A model generated the notes under the pieces. That model did no database searches and was not told where the DNA came from. It saw only the letters and a program-made list of their open reading frames with translations. A DNA stretch of 63,830 nucleotides, filler included, from Octopus bimaculoides (taxonomy: Eukaryota): NCBI RefSeq assembly GCF_001194135.2. It is 6 parts of 5 records of this genome, joined end to end, with 100 filler letters (N's around TTAATTAATTAA, not from the genome) between each part and the next. Parts side by side here need not be neighbours in the genome. Positions count along the whole stretch, not along the records: positions 51,518 to 56,203 come from NC_069004.1; positions 56,304 to 63,830 come from NC_068993.1; 4 more parts are not named here. The stretch is one strand, 5' to 3'. Made by a program: the position numbers and the translations under genes. This document shows positions 52,075-63,830 of this stretch, piece after piece; position 1 is the stretch's first letter, and every line of letters begins with the position of its first letter.

Positions 52075-52540
52075 GGCATTCTGTTGGTTACGATGACGAG
52101 GATTCCAGCTGGTCCGATTAACGGAACAACCTGCTCGTGTGATTAACGTGCAAGTGGCTGAGAACTCCACAGATGCGCGTACCCTTAACGATTTCTTAAG
52201 TAGATTCAGCGGGACACAGAATGTGACAAGGGTGGCCCTTTAAAACAGAAGTACAGCCCATATTTTTGCCACTTGAGTAAACTGGAGCAACGTGAAATAA
52301 AGTGTGTTGTTCGAGGACACAATGCGCCGCTGAGAATGGATCTCTCGACCTTACGAATGCGAGCTGAATGCACTAACCAACTGACACTTCATCGGTTACA
52401 ACGACGAGGGTTCCAATTGATCTGTTCAACAGAACGTGCTTCATGCGAAATTAACGTGTAAGTAGATGAGCACTCCACAGACTCGCGTACGCTTAACGTG
52501 TTCTTAAGGAGATTCAACATGACACAAGATGTAACAAGAC
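52075..52540 (-). mobile_element. Two tandem family C SINE bodies
   Basis: gacgagg-ttcca...ggaacaacctgctcgtg-attaacgtgcaagtggctgag occurs twice and matches 25.3 kb. Confidence 0.75.
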
Positions 52541-52584
52541 TGTATATTTGAAATACGAATGTTTAATTTAGTAATAGGAGTCAC

Positions 52585-52792
52585 AGAACTGTACATACAA
52601 TTCTATATTTAAGAGATGAGGAATTATGTACATTATTTACATTATTTACATTTGACGGATATTTGTCCTCATCTTGTTTGTTGTTAACACAACGTTTCGG
52701 CTGATATACCCTCCAGCCTTCATCAGGTGTCTTGGGGAAATTTCGAACCTGGGTTCTCATTCCTAAGGTATTTTTCGATGTTGTTGTTGTTG

Positions 52793-52831
<39 letters not shown>

Positions 52832-52900
52832 TCATTCCTTGGAATCGAACTCGGAATCTTGGGGTTAGTAGCCAGCGCTCTTAACCACTACGCCATACGC
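52585..52900 (-). mobile_element. SINE-like element: tRNA-like head, (AAT)n spacer, hammerhead-containing tail
   Basis: Head gcgtaTGGCGTAGTGGttaagagcgc...ct ACT aa...GAGTTCGATTCc (A box 52885-52895, B box 52842-52852), followed by the hammerhead on the same strand. The 3' boundary is approximate. Confidence 0.75.
52686..52731 (-). ncRNA. Minimal type I hammerhead ribozyme
   Basis: GACAC-CUGAUGA-A-GGCUG(GAGGGUAUAU)CAGCC-GAAA-CG-UU-GUGUU. Core intact, 5-bp stems I and II, palindromic AACGUU stem III and a GUU cleavage triplet. Confidence 0.85.
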
Positions 52901-53104
52901 GGTGGTGATATGGTGATATAAATGATTTAAATAACCTCTAACACTCTCTTTCTATTCTGTATTACTTGATAGCTTTTTGTTTCCTCCGACTATCTAAAGG
53001 ACTCCTGATTACTAACCGTATATAAACGCTTCCTCCAAACCTAAATTTCGTATTATTTGGTTCCCTGTCTGAGAAATATGTAATAGGAGATATCGTTCAT
53101 GTAC

Positions 53105-53310
53105 AGTTATGAGCTGGTAGGATGGGTAGCACGCCAGGCAAGATTCTTACCAGTATTTATTCCGTTTTTAGGTTCTGAGTTCAAATTCCAGTCGAAAGCT
53201 CGACTGTGCTTTTCGTACTTTCGGAACGGATAAAATAAGTACCAGTTGAGCACTGGCTAGATGTAAATCTACCTACCGCCAACACCATTCAAAAATTGCA
53301 GGCCTTGTAC
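53105..53310 (+). mobile_element. Family B SINE
   Basis: gagctggtaggatgggtagcacgcc...gagttcaaattcc...aaaataagtaccagttgagc. Confidence 0.7.
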
Positions 53311-53722
53311 GAAAATCCAGAAAAACCTATAGACATATATATATATATATATGTATGTATGTATGCATATAGTAAAATGTAGATATATTGTTGTAAGCTT
53401 CTATTCACGCTTTCTCTATTGTAATGTATTCTTCTGACATAAAAGCTTTGTTGTAAACATAGACACGTATATAAGGTTATGTATAAATGTAGCCACCTGG
53501 ACACTCACATACAGTTTATTTTGCATGTATACAGAGGAATGACTTCTATAGTGAAATATATGTATGTATACATGCATATGTGTTTGTGTCTGTGTGTGTT
53601 GTTTGTATGCGTGTGTATGTGTGTATTGTATTGATTTTCTATGTAATTGTGCAGCTTTTAATTTATCCCTCGCTTCCTATCTATTACGGTTTCTTTACAT
53701 ACAAACAAACATAAAAAGGTAC

Positions 53723-53801
<79 letters not shown>

Positions 53802-53805
53802 TATA

Positions 53806-54165
53806 TGGTTCCGGGTTCGCTCTCACTGCGTGGTACCTTGGGCAAGTGTCTTCAGTTATGGTCTCGGGTCGACCAAACCCTTGTGAATGGATTTGGTAGA
53901 CGGAAATTAAAAGAAGGCAGTCATATGTGTGTGTGTGTGTGTCTGTGTGTGTGTGTCTGTGTCTGTGTGTCTGTGTTTGTCCCCCTACCTTCGCTTGACA
54001 ACCAATGCTAGTGTGTTTACACCCTCGTAACTTCACGGTTCGGCAAAAGAGACCGATAGAATAAGTACTAGGCTTACAAAGAATAAATCCTGGAGTCGAT
54101 TTCTTCGGCTAAAGGCGGTGCTCCAGCATTGCCTCAGTCAAATGACTAAAACAAATAAAATAGTA
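53806..54165 (+). mobile_element. Family A SINE
   Basis: Colinear with 26277-26720 from atggttccgggttc through to the tail. Confidence 0.85.
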
Positions 54166-54194
54166 AAAGACATATATATATATATACTGCTTTC

Positions 54195-54395
54195 AAATTT
54201 TGGCATAAGGCCAGCAAATTCACAGAGGGTTTAAGTCGATTACATCGATGCCAGTGTTTAATTGTTACTTATTTTATCGGCTCTGAAAGGACAAATCACA
54301 AAGAAAATGTCGGTGGAATTTGAACTCAGAATGTAAACACGGACAAAATCTCTCTAAGTATTTTGCCCGAAGTTCTAACGATTCTACCAGATTAC
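54195..54395 (-). mobile_element. Family B SINE
   Basis: Reverse complement of family B (ggaatttgaactcagaa...taacgattct). Confidence 0.7.
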
Positions 54396-54659
54396 TACCT
54401 TGAATGTACGAATAGATTAGAAAGAAAGAATGGACAAGAAAAACATATCGTATCACTTTAGAGCTTGAAATTTATAATTCAATCATAATTGTAATGGTGC
54501 TAAAGTAATTAGAGGATTAAGAAATCATAGCTGTAAGAGATTTTATGCGTTCTTTCTGAATCAATTATTTACTCTAACAAATCTACAATTATGATTGGAT
54601 TATGAATTGCATGCTCTGAAGTGACGCCACATGTTTTGCTTGTCCATTCTTTCTGTCTA

Positions 54660-54692
<33 letters not shown>

Positions 54693-55339
54693 TATANNNN
54701 NNNNNNNNNNNNNNNNNNNNNNNNNNNNNNNNNNNNNNNNNNNNNNNNNNNNNNNNNNNNNNNNNNNNNNNNNNNNNNNNNNNNNNNNNNNNNNNNNNNN
54801 NNNNNNNNNNNNNNNNNNNNNNNNNNNNNNNNNNNNNNNNNNNNNNNNNNNNNNNNNNNNNNNNNNNNNNNNNNNNNNNNNNNNNNNNNNNNNNNNNNNN
54901 NNNNNNNNNNNNNNNNNNNNNNNNNNNNNNNNNNNNNNNNNNNNNNNNNNNNNNNNNNNNNNNNNNNNNNNNNNNNNNNNNNNNNNNNNNNNNNNNNNNN
55001 NNNNNNNNNNNNNNNNNNNNNNNNNNNNNNNNNNNNNNNNNNNNNNNNNNNNNNNNNNNNNNNNNNNNNNNNNNNNNNNNNNNNNNNNNNNNNNNNNNNN
55101 NNNNNNNNNNNNNNNNNNNNNNNNNNNNNNNNNNNNNNNNNNNNNNNNNNNNNNNNNNNNNNNNNNNNNNNNNNNNNNNNNNNNNNNNNNNNNNNNNNNN
55201 NNNNNNNNNNNNNNNNNNNNNNNNNNNNNNNNNNNNNNNNNNNNNNNNNNNNNNNNNNNNNNNNNNNNNNNNNNNNNNTATATATATATATGTATGTATA
55301 CACACACACACATATATATACACACACACACACATACAC

Positions 55340-55540
55340 ATATCTATGTATATTGACCGCTAAATCCGCAGTTTTTCTATTCTCTCTCTGCTTATTTCTT
55401 CGTGTTCCTTTTTGTTGAAGAGCGTAGGCACGAGACATAAAATACATTCTCACTCTTCCCATGCGTCAGACTAATACACCTTCTTGTTGTTTATACACCT
55501 TCTTGTTATTTATACACCTTCGTCTTTTGTGCACAAGAAT
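55340..55540 (+). mobile_element. pLTR family 1 copy with decayed hammerhead (55408-55443)
   Basis: gtgttccttt-ttgttgaagagcgtaggcacgagac...aatacaccttcttgttgtttatacacc. Confidence 0.65.
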
Positions 55541-55721
55541 CTCAGATGGGGAATTTTGGTAATGTCTTGCAGATCCTCATTGTGCCACTAATATATTGGA
55601 TTTGGAGAATTCCCGTAACTTTCTCTTGCTCTTTCTCCATGAAACCGAGCATTTCGAAGCTTTTTTCATGCAAAAAGAATGAATGTATATATAATGGTAT
55701 GTAAGTAGTGTGTTGTTGTGG

Positions 55722-56025
55722 AGTCACATGGCCTAGTGGTCAGAGCAGCGGGCTCGCGGTTGAGGGATCGCCGGTTCGAATCTCAAATCGGACGATGTGT
55801 GCTTATGAGCGAAACACCTAAGCTCCACGCTGCGCCAGCAGAAGGTAATGGCGAAATTCTGCTGACTCTTTTGTCACAACTTTCTCTCACTCTTTCCTCC
55901 TGCATCTAGCAGCTCACCTATGACGGATCGGCGTCCCGCCCAGGTGGTGGGCCTCTACGCCAATGAAATCGGGAAATCGACCCCTTATGAGCCAGGCATG
56001 GCACCAGAAAGAACAAACAACAACA
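55722..56025 (+). mobile_element. tRNA-derived SINE related to family C, with (CAA)-type tail
   Basis: cacatggcctagtggtcagagcag...ggttcgaatctc head and a gaacaaacaacaac tail. Confidence 0.75.
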
Positions 56026-56697
56026 TTGCGCTGTTAGATAATTCCGTTCTTCTTTTGTTCTACGTGGCGCTACAACGTAATATGTCTGAAAAGAGGTAAA
56101 ATTTATTGAAATTCGAAAATGACAACAAATGTTGTAAAGGAACAATAGAACTTCAAAAGAAAAAAAGAAAACCATGATAACATAATTTTCCGTGTTCTTT
56201 CAANNNNNNNNNNNNNNNNNNNNNNNNNNNNNNNNNNNNNNNNNNNNTTAATTAATTAANNNNNNNNNNNNNNNNNNNNNNNNNNNNNNNNNNNNNNNNN
56301 NNNTATATATACATGCATGCATTTGTATTACTATATCCCCAAGTATTTCAATGTCACAATAGAATTTTCGAATAGGTTGTGTTTATATGATTAATAATAG
56401 ACCATTTTTTAAAAGAAACATTTCTAATGTTGTAGTGTACTTGGAGGCTATATGGGAAGTATAAACTATATTTACTTAAATATCTATATGGTACATATAT
56501 CTGAATATATCAATATAAATATATATCTATATTCATATATGTATGTTTGTGTGTCTATTTGGGCGCGCGCGTGTGTGTGTTTGCAGGTGTGCAGGATGCT
56601 TTTGTATGCATGTATTTGTGCTAGTGTAACGGTAACTCTTTTGTGTGCATGTTACTCTCACATATACGCAAGGATACATGCACACACACACACACAA

Positions 56698-56749
<52 letters not shown>

Positions 56750-56842
56750 GCATACACACACGCATAAATATATAATACATACATACATATTTGTGTGTGT
56801 GTGTATGCGCGTGTGTGAGAGACAGAGAAAGTGAGAGAAAGA

Positions 56843-57020
56843 GGGCACATGGCCTAGTGGTTAGGGTGTTGCACTAATGCTCGCTATATTGTGGTTTCAA
56901 CACCTACAACGGACGGTGTGCTGTGTTCTTGAGCAAAACAGTTCACTTCACGTTGCCTTGCTATCACATCGACACCTGATGTATGTTACACAGTGCACAG
57001 GATCAGACAACATCGATTTG
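56843..57020 (+). mobile_element. Diverged tRNA-derived SINE (family C-like head)
   Basis: gcacatggcctagtggttaggg...ggtttcaacacc...cttgagcaaaacagttcacttcac. Confidence 0.6.
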
Positions 57021-57084
57021 ATAGGGAGAGTCCATCATGTGGGTATATACATACATACGTTCGTACGTACATATACATACATAC

Positions 57085-57215
57085 ATACATACATATATGG
57101 TAGATCGCTGACCACTACATTTATATTTTTTTCTTCTTGTTTCTCTCCTTATTTCTTCTTGTGTTCCTTTCAGTTGAAGAGCGTAGCTCGAAACGTCAAA
57201 GACTTTCTCTATTCC
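57085..57215 (+). mobile_element. pLTR family 1 copy
   Basis: atggtagatcgctgaccactac...gtgttcctttcagttgaagagcgtagctcgaaacgtcaaagac. Confidence 0.75.
57167..57201 (+). ncRNA. Variant hammerhead motif (core CAGUUGA+A, GUC triplet)
   Basis: cttt-CAGTTGAA-gagc gta gctc-GAAA-CG-TC-aaag. Confidence 0.5.
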
Positions 57216-57338
57216 NNNNNNNNNNNNNNNNNNNNNNNNNNNNNNNNNNNNNNNNNNNNNNNNNNNNNNNNNNNNNNNNNNNNNNNNNNNNNNNNNNNNN
57301 NNNNNNNNNNNNNNNNNNNNNNNNNNNNNNNNNNNNNN

Positions 57339-57370
<32 letters not shown>

Positions 57371-57489
57371 GTAGAAAATAGTTTAGTGAGGAAACACTCG
57401 TGGTGGATATAAATAGAGAAAGAGATACGATGAAAAAACAAACGATTCGTTTTACAGGTTTTACAGGATTTAAGAGTATATGAGAGCCA

Positions 57490-57725
57490 TGGTAATAAAT
57501 CGAAAGTATATTGTCTCAGCAGGAAATTCGATCAGAAAGAGATGTCTGATCAACAGACAAATTTCCTCCCCACAGTATCGCCAAATATACCTCATTCAAC
57601 ACATTGACGAATGTGCAGAACGATTACAACCAGAATTCGAAATTTTTCCATTTTATCAAGTTTCCTTCTGGACTTCAACACAAGTAAGATGAATAAAGAA
57701 GCATCATTTATCCCAAAAAATATAG
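57490..57725 (+). mobile_element. PLE GIY-YIG C-terminal fragment
   Basis: PQYRQIYLIQHIDECAERLQPEFEIFPFYQ...RMNKEASFI is homologous to the 50.9-51.2 kb tail. Confidence 0.75.
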
Positions 57726-58071
57726 GGTTAGATATAAACCCATATTAAACATAAAGGACTTACCCAATCTAATGCAAGATATAAGCCAGAAGAAAAGCAG
57801 AGAAAATAAAAAACAAAAAACTAAAAATTACAGATTTACCTCCCCTTTACTGCAAAATAAATGAACGAACAATTATCTGCCCTTGCAATAATTTTTTCCC
57901 TAGCAATTTATAGCTTTTAACTTTCAGTTTGTTGAAAGAACAAAATCTTATTTTGCACAAAATTGTAAAATATCTTTATTATCATGGCTCTAATATACTC
58001 TTAACTCCGGTAAATGTAATCTTCTGTGCTTTTCATCTTTTCTCTTTCTCTCTCTCTCTGTCCCCTCTCAC

Positions 58072-58105
<34 letters not shown>

Positions 58106-58900
58106 AATCTATCTAGCTATCTATCTATCTATCTATCTATCTATATAAAGAAAGATTAATGTGGACTTCAGTTCACAATGTTTCACCAAAAAGGAAAACT
58201 ATAAACGTCACTAAATGGGACTAGAGAAACCTCTACATTACTAGAAATAAGAGCTAAAATGCTCTAATGTTGTAGTGAAAGCACATAATTGTACAAACAT
58301 TTGCTAAATATATACTGACAGGCACTGTAATCGTCCGAAAACATATATGTATTCACTAAAATATATATACTGATTAAAATAAGCTGTTTACTATTCATAT
58401 TCATGTCACTGCTAGTGTGACGTTTGCTAAAATTGGAGTTACTCCCAACCGAAAACAACCTCACCTTTAGAATCACTTGCCTTAAAAATACACTAATTTT
58501 TGTAATATGGAATACTTCTTTCTAATTTTCTTATCATCGTACCGAATGTCGAATCGTAGCTCGGAGAAAACGCGGTATGCTTTTCGTAAGGGCACAAAAT
58601 ATATTGATTCCTTTCAAAGGTTAAAATAAAAAAGCCTGAAAAACAAGAATTAGGTTGAGTAATAATATTTGATACCAGAGGAAGGTGGTCAGAAAATGAA
58701 CATTAAGCACCTAACGTTAAGCCGTACGTGATGCCAGCCTTGTCACGGAGTACACTTTCATGTACGTCTGCTGAATATTAAAGTCAAGTTGATCAAAATC
58801 CAAATTATAGCAAGAAGAGGCTATAAGAACATAAAAGAGTTAAGAATTTACATTGCCCCATACACACATGCATACATACACACGCACGCACACAAAAAAC

Positions 58901-58982
<82 letters not shown>

Positions 58983-59409
58983 TTCAGTCTCTATGGATGC
59001 ACACATACAAGTTAAACTATATACATATGTACACATTTATTTGTATACATATACATATTTTTTTTTCTTTGAGCTTAATTTAAGTTCTTAAAAAATTTCA
59101 AACAGGTTACTAATAGAGAGACATGACGTTTTTAAATATTTGGTCGTGTTGATGTGTTGATTTAGCTGTCGATGCACACCACCAATTGTGTGCATTTATT
59201 CACTTAAAGAATCTCAAATGGGGAAATGTTGGAATGTCTTACTAATCTTCCCTGTGCCACTAATAGATTAAATTTGGAAAATCCGTATTAGTTTCGTTTG
59301 CTCTTCACTCGAAAACCTATTATTTCTAGGTTTTTGTGTAAATTTGTAAGTACATAGCCTAATGCAACTAGGATAATAGGTACAAATGAGAATTTATAAT
59401 CAAGTTTAA

Positions 59410-59870
59410 TTTACAATAAATGTTCTTTTTCTGCGAATTTAGATGGGCAGCTAACCTCTACAGAAGTGCATGACTTTTTTTCCAAGCCACACAAAGCTAT
59501 GTCAGGTCTGTTGGTGTGAATGCCTGCTGGTTCTGACATGACCTTGATGTATACATCACAGCATTCTTTCCTGTGTATAGCATTGTAAATAGTCTTTACA
59601 ACTATAACATTCCTCAGGGGCAGGTAGTATATCGTAGACATTTTGGGATAGCTGCTGTTGATGTGGGGGATATCTTCCACACTACTATAGAAGAGCCGAC
59701 ATTTTTCATCACAAGATAGAGGTTTAGTGGTCTCTTTGTCTCTCTTGTTTATCAGATATTTATTAGCTATTTCCTGTTCTTAGATAGCGAAATCCATCCA
59801 GGTCCACCACAGGCTAAACTTCCTATCGATGCGGTTGTAACCCTCTAGCTTACGGTACATGTACCCAATC
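59410..59870 (-). mobile_element. R4/Dong-like (RLE-type) non-LTR retrotransposon fragment
   Basis: FAI*EQEIA, KCRL...EDIPHINSS(C)PKMS.YYLPLR (CCHC region) and NRPDI...VEVSCP (PD-(D/E)xK-like nuclease). The clade call is from motif recall. Confidence 0.75.
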
Positions 59871-60313
59871 TATGTGTACGTATGTACAATACAAAAACAC
59901 AGTAATGAAAAATAAACTGCAAAAAATAAACTTTTAAAAGTGTGGACGAGCTGCAATAGAACAACCTGATTCATCTTTGAATATAAAGTAGAATTTATTA
60001 ACTTCATAGCTTCTATTATATTGGTCATGCAAGTACAACATATTCTTGCAGGTTCACAAATACCCTTAATATAATCGGAAATAACAAAATAGACACAATA
60101 TAAAATTTAATACAGCCGGTGGATGGATAATGCATCCATACCAAATTGTAGTCGTCAAACATTACAAGGATAAAATGAAAGGGATGACACCATATGCACG
60201 TCACAACAAAACAAAAGTGTGATTAATGTCGTATAAATCTAAGAATATATTTCAAATATGAGTCACATATTAAATGACTAAATATTTACAAACGATGGCA
60301 GTGAAGTACTTAC

Positions 60314-60407
60314 ACCAATAACAATTTACATCCTGCAGATAAACTGTAAAAGTCTCTGATCGTTGATATTGCTGATAGATTTAGTGACTTGATTCTTCCA
60401 GACAAAC
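60314..60407 (-). other. Candidate small exon (CLEESKSLNLSAISTIRDFYSLSAG...)
   Basis: ttgctttcag acceptor, GTAAGT donor (alternative GTAAAT at 60329) and one open frame. Confidence 0.25.
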
Positions 60408-60851
60408 TGAAAGCAACCCATAAGAAATTTGAAGTATACATCCTAAAATAAAAGAAAAATCTAAAAATTAAAACTAGAACATAGTCGTGTCTTTAAAACC
60501 ATAACTGAAAAAAAACCACCTCCCATTTTCAGAGTATACATATATATATATNNNNNNNNNNNNNNNNNNNNNNNNNNNNNNNNNNNNNNNNNNNNNNNNN
60601 NNNNNNNNNNNNNNNNNNNNNNNNNNNNNNNNNNNNNNNNNNNNNNNNNNNNNNNNNNNNNNNNNNNNNNNNNNNNNNNNNNNNNNNNNNNNNNNNNNNN
60701 NNNNNNNNNNNNNNNNNNNNNNNNNNNNNNNNNNNNNNNNNNNNNNNNNNNNNNNNNNNNNNNNNNNNNTATATACATATCTGTTTCCGTGTCTTCACGT
60801 GTGAGTTTGTGTGCATATTTGCCTTTCATGTGTATGTATCACTGTGTGTGT

Positions 60852-60905
<54 letters not shown>

Positions 60906-62026
60906 GTGTGTGTGTGTGCATGCGTGTGTTTGTGAAGGATAAAAGAAATAGATGTTGTATGGAAATATAGATGTCGAAATAAATTTAGGAAGATACCAAA
61001 TATACATCACTCAGTCAAAGTGATGTTGCAGACCATATAATTATGAGCAAAGAAAAAGCAGCTATAATTCTTACTTTTCTTTAAATATCAATTACATCAA
61101 TGTCGATAAATTCATATGTTTCTGAAATGTTCAATTACTTATAGCGTAAATTCATCTTTTTCCTTTTTAACTAAAGGGAATAAAATTGATAAAAATAATA
61201 CTGCATTTCTGTAAGAAAGAAAATATTTTGAATGGAAATTCCCATCCAATCATTATGAAAAGTTAGTACGCGCGCGCGCACACACATACATTCATATATG
61301 CGTGCGTGAACACACGCAAACACGTATGTTTGTATACATAAATACATATACAAATAAAATCACATCCATTATATTATTGTGATACAATAAGACCAGTGGT
61401 TTAACAGAGCGTTTAGCGCGTCAGGTAGAATGCGTTGTATTTATTCCATTTCTTTGTTTTCTGAATTCAAGTGCCATAGATTACAATAGTGTATGTATAC
61501 TTCTATCCATACATTCATACACACGCTTATACATGGACACACGTACATATTCATGTGCGTATATATTGCGTATGAGGAGACTTATACACGTATATTTATT
61601 CTGCAGGAATTTTGATCCGAAATCAGTCGTCTTTCTTTTATTTTCCACAAATATTTTTCGGTAACCTATTTCTATGACCTCGTTAATGAGTTAATATTTT
61701 CAGATGATTTTGATTTATTTGTTCATTTCGCTACTGTGTTATGGCATCAAGTAATGTGTATGAGTGTTGCCATGTTTCAGACGCAAGAGCTTAACATGAA
61801 AGATTAATTTACTTGGTATTGTAAAATCATTTAAAAACTGAAACTTAATGATGATATTCCACGAAGCGTGCAATTTCCTCAATTAAAATAAAAAATACCG
61901 CAACCGTTGAGTGTGTTAAATGCATTCAAATATAGCTCTTACTACTATAAACGTACACTAATTGACTCTCTCTTCCTCACCCTCTCTCTCACTTACGCAC
62001 GCATACATACACTCCTCATATATACA

Positions 62027-62057
<31 letters not shown>

Positions 62058-62062
62058 ATATA

Positions 62063-63310
62063 TTCGGTCCTCCCATAAAAAATGCGGATTTTTTATGCTC
62101 CTTGTATTTTTTCAAAATTAAGATAGATTTTTTTCATAATCTAAAATATACACTCCTTCATTTTCTACACTGCTCCTCCATCTATCTTATAAGGCCCCTC
62201 TTCCAAAATTCCCTTGTCCGTGGCAAAAATACTCCTCCAGTACTGTTCTGACCTCGTGTACAGAATTTATATTTTTTCCGTCCAAATAATTTTGATGACT
62301 GCAGAATAAATGATAATCTGAATGGACAATGTCCGGTGATTATGGTGGGTGGGGCATTGTTTCCTATTCAAACTGCTCCAGCCTTTCGAATGTCATCCTC
62401 GCTGTATGTGGCCGAGCATTATCCTGATGGAAGGAGACTTTTCTTCTTGAAACCAAAGATAGTAATTTTTCTTCTAGTGCTGACATAAGCCGCTCAGTAG
62501 AACACCTTTGATGTCATTTTGTTTGGGTTAAAAAGTTCAAAGTGGTCTAAACCTTTTATCCCCCATCAAACAGATAACAACACTTTGCATGCGTGAAGAC
62601 TTTCTTTAACCTGGGGTGTTAGAGTTTCTTCACCTACTCTCTTTGGCGCTTGACATTTTTATAGAGAACCCATTTCTCGTCACCAGTCACTATACGTTTC
62701 AAAAAAGTTTTATTCGTGAAACGTGACAGCAAAAAAATAGCACATATTCACTCTCTGCGCGTAATTAGAAACGGAAAGTTTGTGAGCAACGCATTGACCC
62801 AATTACCTGGGTTTTCCGATGGCACGCAGGTGTCGATGAATGGTTGCATGACCAAATCCAAGCTACTCTGCTAGTTCCTGAACAGTTACGATGGATTTTT
62901 TTTCCCAGCAGGTTTTGCAGTACGTCCTCGCCGAGCTCTACAGATCGAGGCTCATCTTCTAGGCTGTAGTTTCTGGCTCGGAATTTCTGGAACCACCATT
63001 TACTCTGGCCTATGCTTATTGTTCGATCCCTATGTACTGCATTAATATTCGTCGCACTTTCCGTTGCGTTGTTCTCTTTACTGAACTCATAAAGCTAAAG
63101 TTACCGAATATGCTCCTTTGCCACTTCCATTATAGCTTTGAAAAAATAACTGTTAAAATCGAACTGCACTCTTTCAATACTTGCATTAAGGATAAGTACA
63201 AGGTAAAATTTCTACCTCCTTTTACAGCAAGTTCATACGAGTAGTTTATCCTGTCCCCTTCCGACTTTTAGTTCACACAATTGAAAAATCCGCATTATTT
63301 ATGGGATTTC
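62063..63310 (-). mobile_element. Near full-length decayed mariner (DD34D)
   Basis: The relic runs from ATG 63130 (MEVAKEHIR) through IVTGDEKWVLY, HQDNARPH and SPDIVHSDYHLF, with 34 residues between the last two D. TIR cores tcccataaaaaatgcggattttt / aaaaatccgcattatttatggga. Confidence 0.92.
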
Positions 63311-63519
63311 CCCACTCTCGCCTCCCCACATTCCAACACCATCACACCACACCACACACCGCTAAGCCATACACCACCATACCACACAACACCACATCAC
63401 ATCACATCACACCACCACGCACACACTTGCACTGACCACTTCCCTGTCCCACATCTACACACCTACACATACAGACATGCACACGTCAAGGTCACCAGCC
63501 CTCTTCCACACGCACATAT

Positions 63520-63805
63520 TCTCTTACACATTCGTTTTGGGATCACCGCTACATTGTTATCTCTCCTTCTTCCTAGCTCTCCTGTGTGACCCCTCTGTCT
63601 GCCATTCGCCATGGTAGATCGCTAGCCACTACACATTATTTATTTTCTCTCTTTGTTTCTTTCTGTGTTCCTTTCTGTGGAAGAGCGTAGGCTCGAAACG
63701 TTAAAAATTTTTTCACTTCCCGAGCTTTAAACTAATACATCTGTTTGTTGTCTACACCACCTGTCTTCGTCTTTTGTATTTTTTTTGTGAATTCTCCGCC
63801 CCCTA
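63520..63805 (+). mobile_element. pLTR family 1 copy / PLE 3' end, abutting (TA)n
   Basis: tagctctcctg matches 18140-18150 on the minus strand. It ends gtgaattctcc before (TA)n. Confidence 0.8.
63671..63706 (+). ncRNA. Variant hammerhead motif (core CUGUGGA+A)
   Basis: cttt-CTGTGGAA-gagc gtag gctc-GAAA-CG-TT-aaaa. Confidence 0.5.
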
Positions 63806-63830
63806 TATATATATATATATATATATATAT

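Noticed and set aside
52828-52900. tRNA gene with anticodon ACT, and other tRNA-like SINE heads
   Set aside because: The acceptor and T stems pair poorly and the head runs into repeat bodies, so these are SINE heads rather than tRNA genes.

Overview
Gappy, AT-rich, microsatellite-saturated eukaryotic genomic DNA. The SINE and repeat content suggests an octopus; that is inferred from the repeats, not verified. Almost all supplied ORFs are artefacts of (TA)n/(CA)n/(GA)n repeats or N-gaps. The interpretable content is mainly decayed mobile DNA. It includes three tRNA-derived SINE families, four Tc1/mariner-superfamily elements (one with DD36E spacing), Tx1/L1-like, RTE-like and R4/Dong-like LINE fragments, a hAT MITE and an LTR-like segment. 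Penelope-like elements (PLEs) are unusually dense and come from at least three distinct subgroups. The most interesting layer is RNA-level. There is one near-canonical minimal hammerhead ribozyme inside an element with a tRNA-like Pol III head (52.6-52.9 kb), five copies of a variant-core hammerhead in a PLE terminal repeat family, and three degenerate hammerheads. Also present are a decayed histone H4 copy, a TTAA-ended long-TIR element enclosing a PLE RT-endonuclease fragment, and an in-frame junction between two PLE types. Phase-consistent candidate exons on the minus strand suggest two tandem paralogous host genes of unidentified family. Everything was read and translated by eye; no searches were run.
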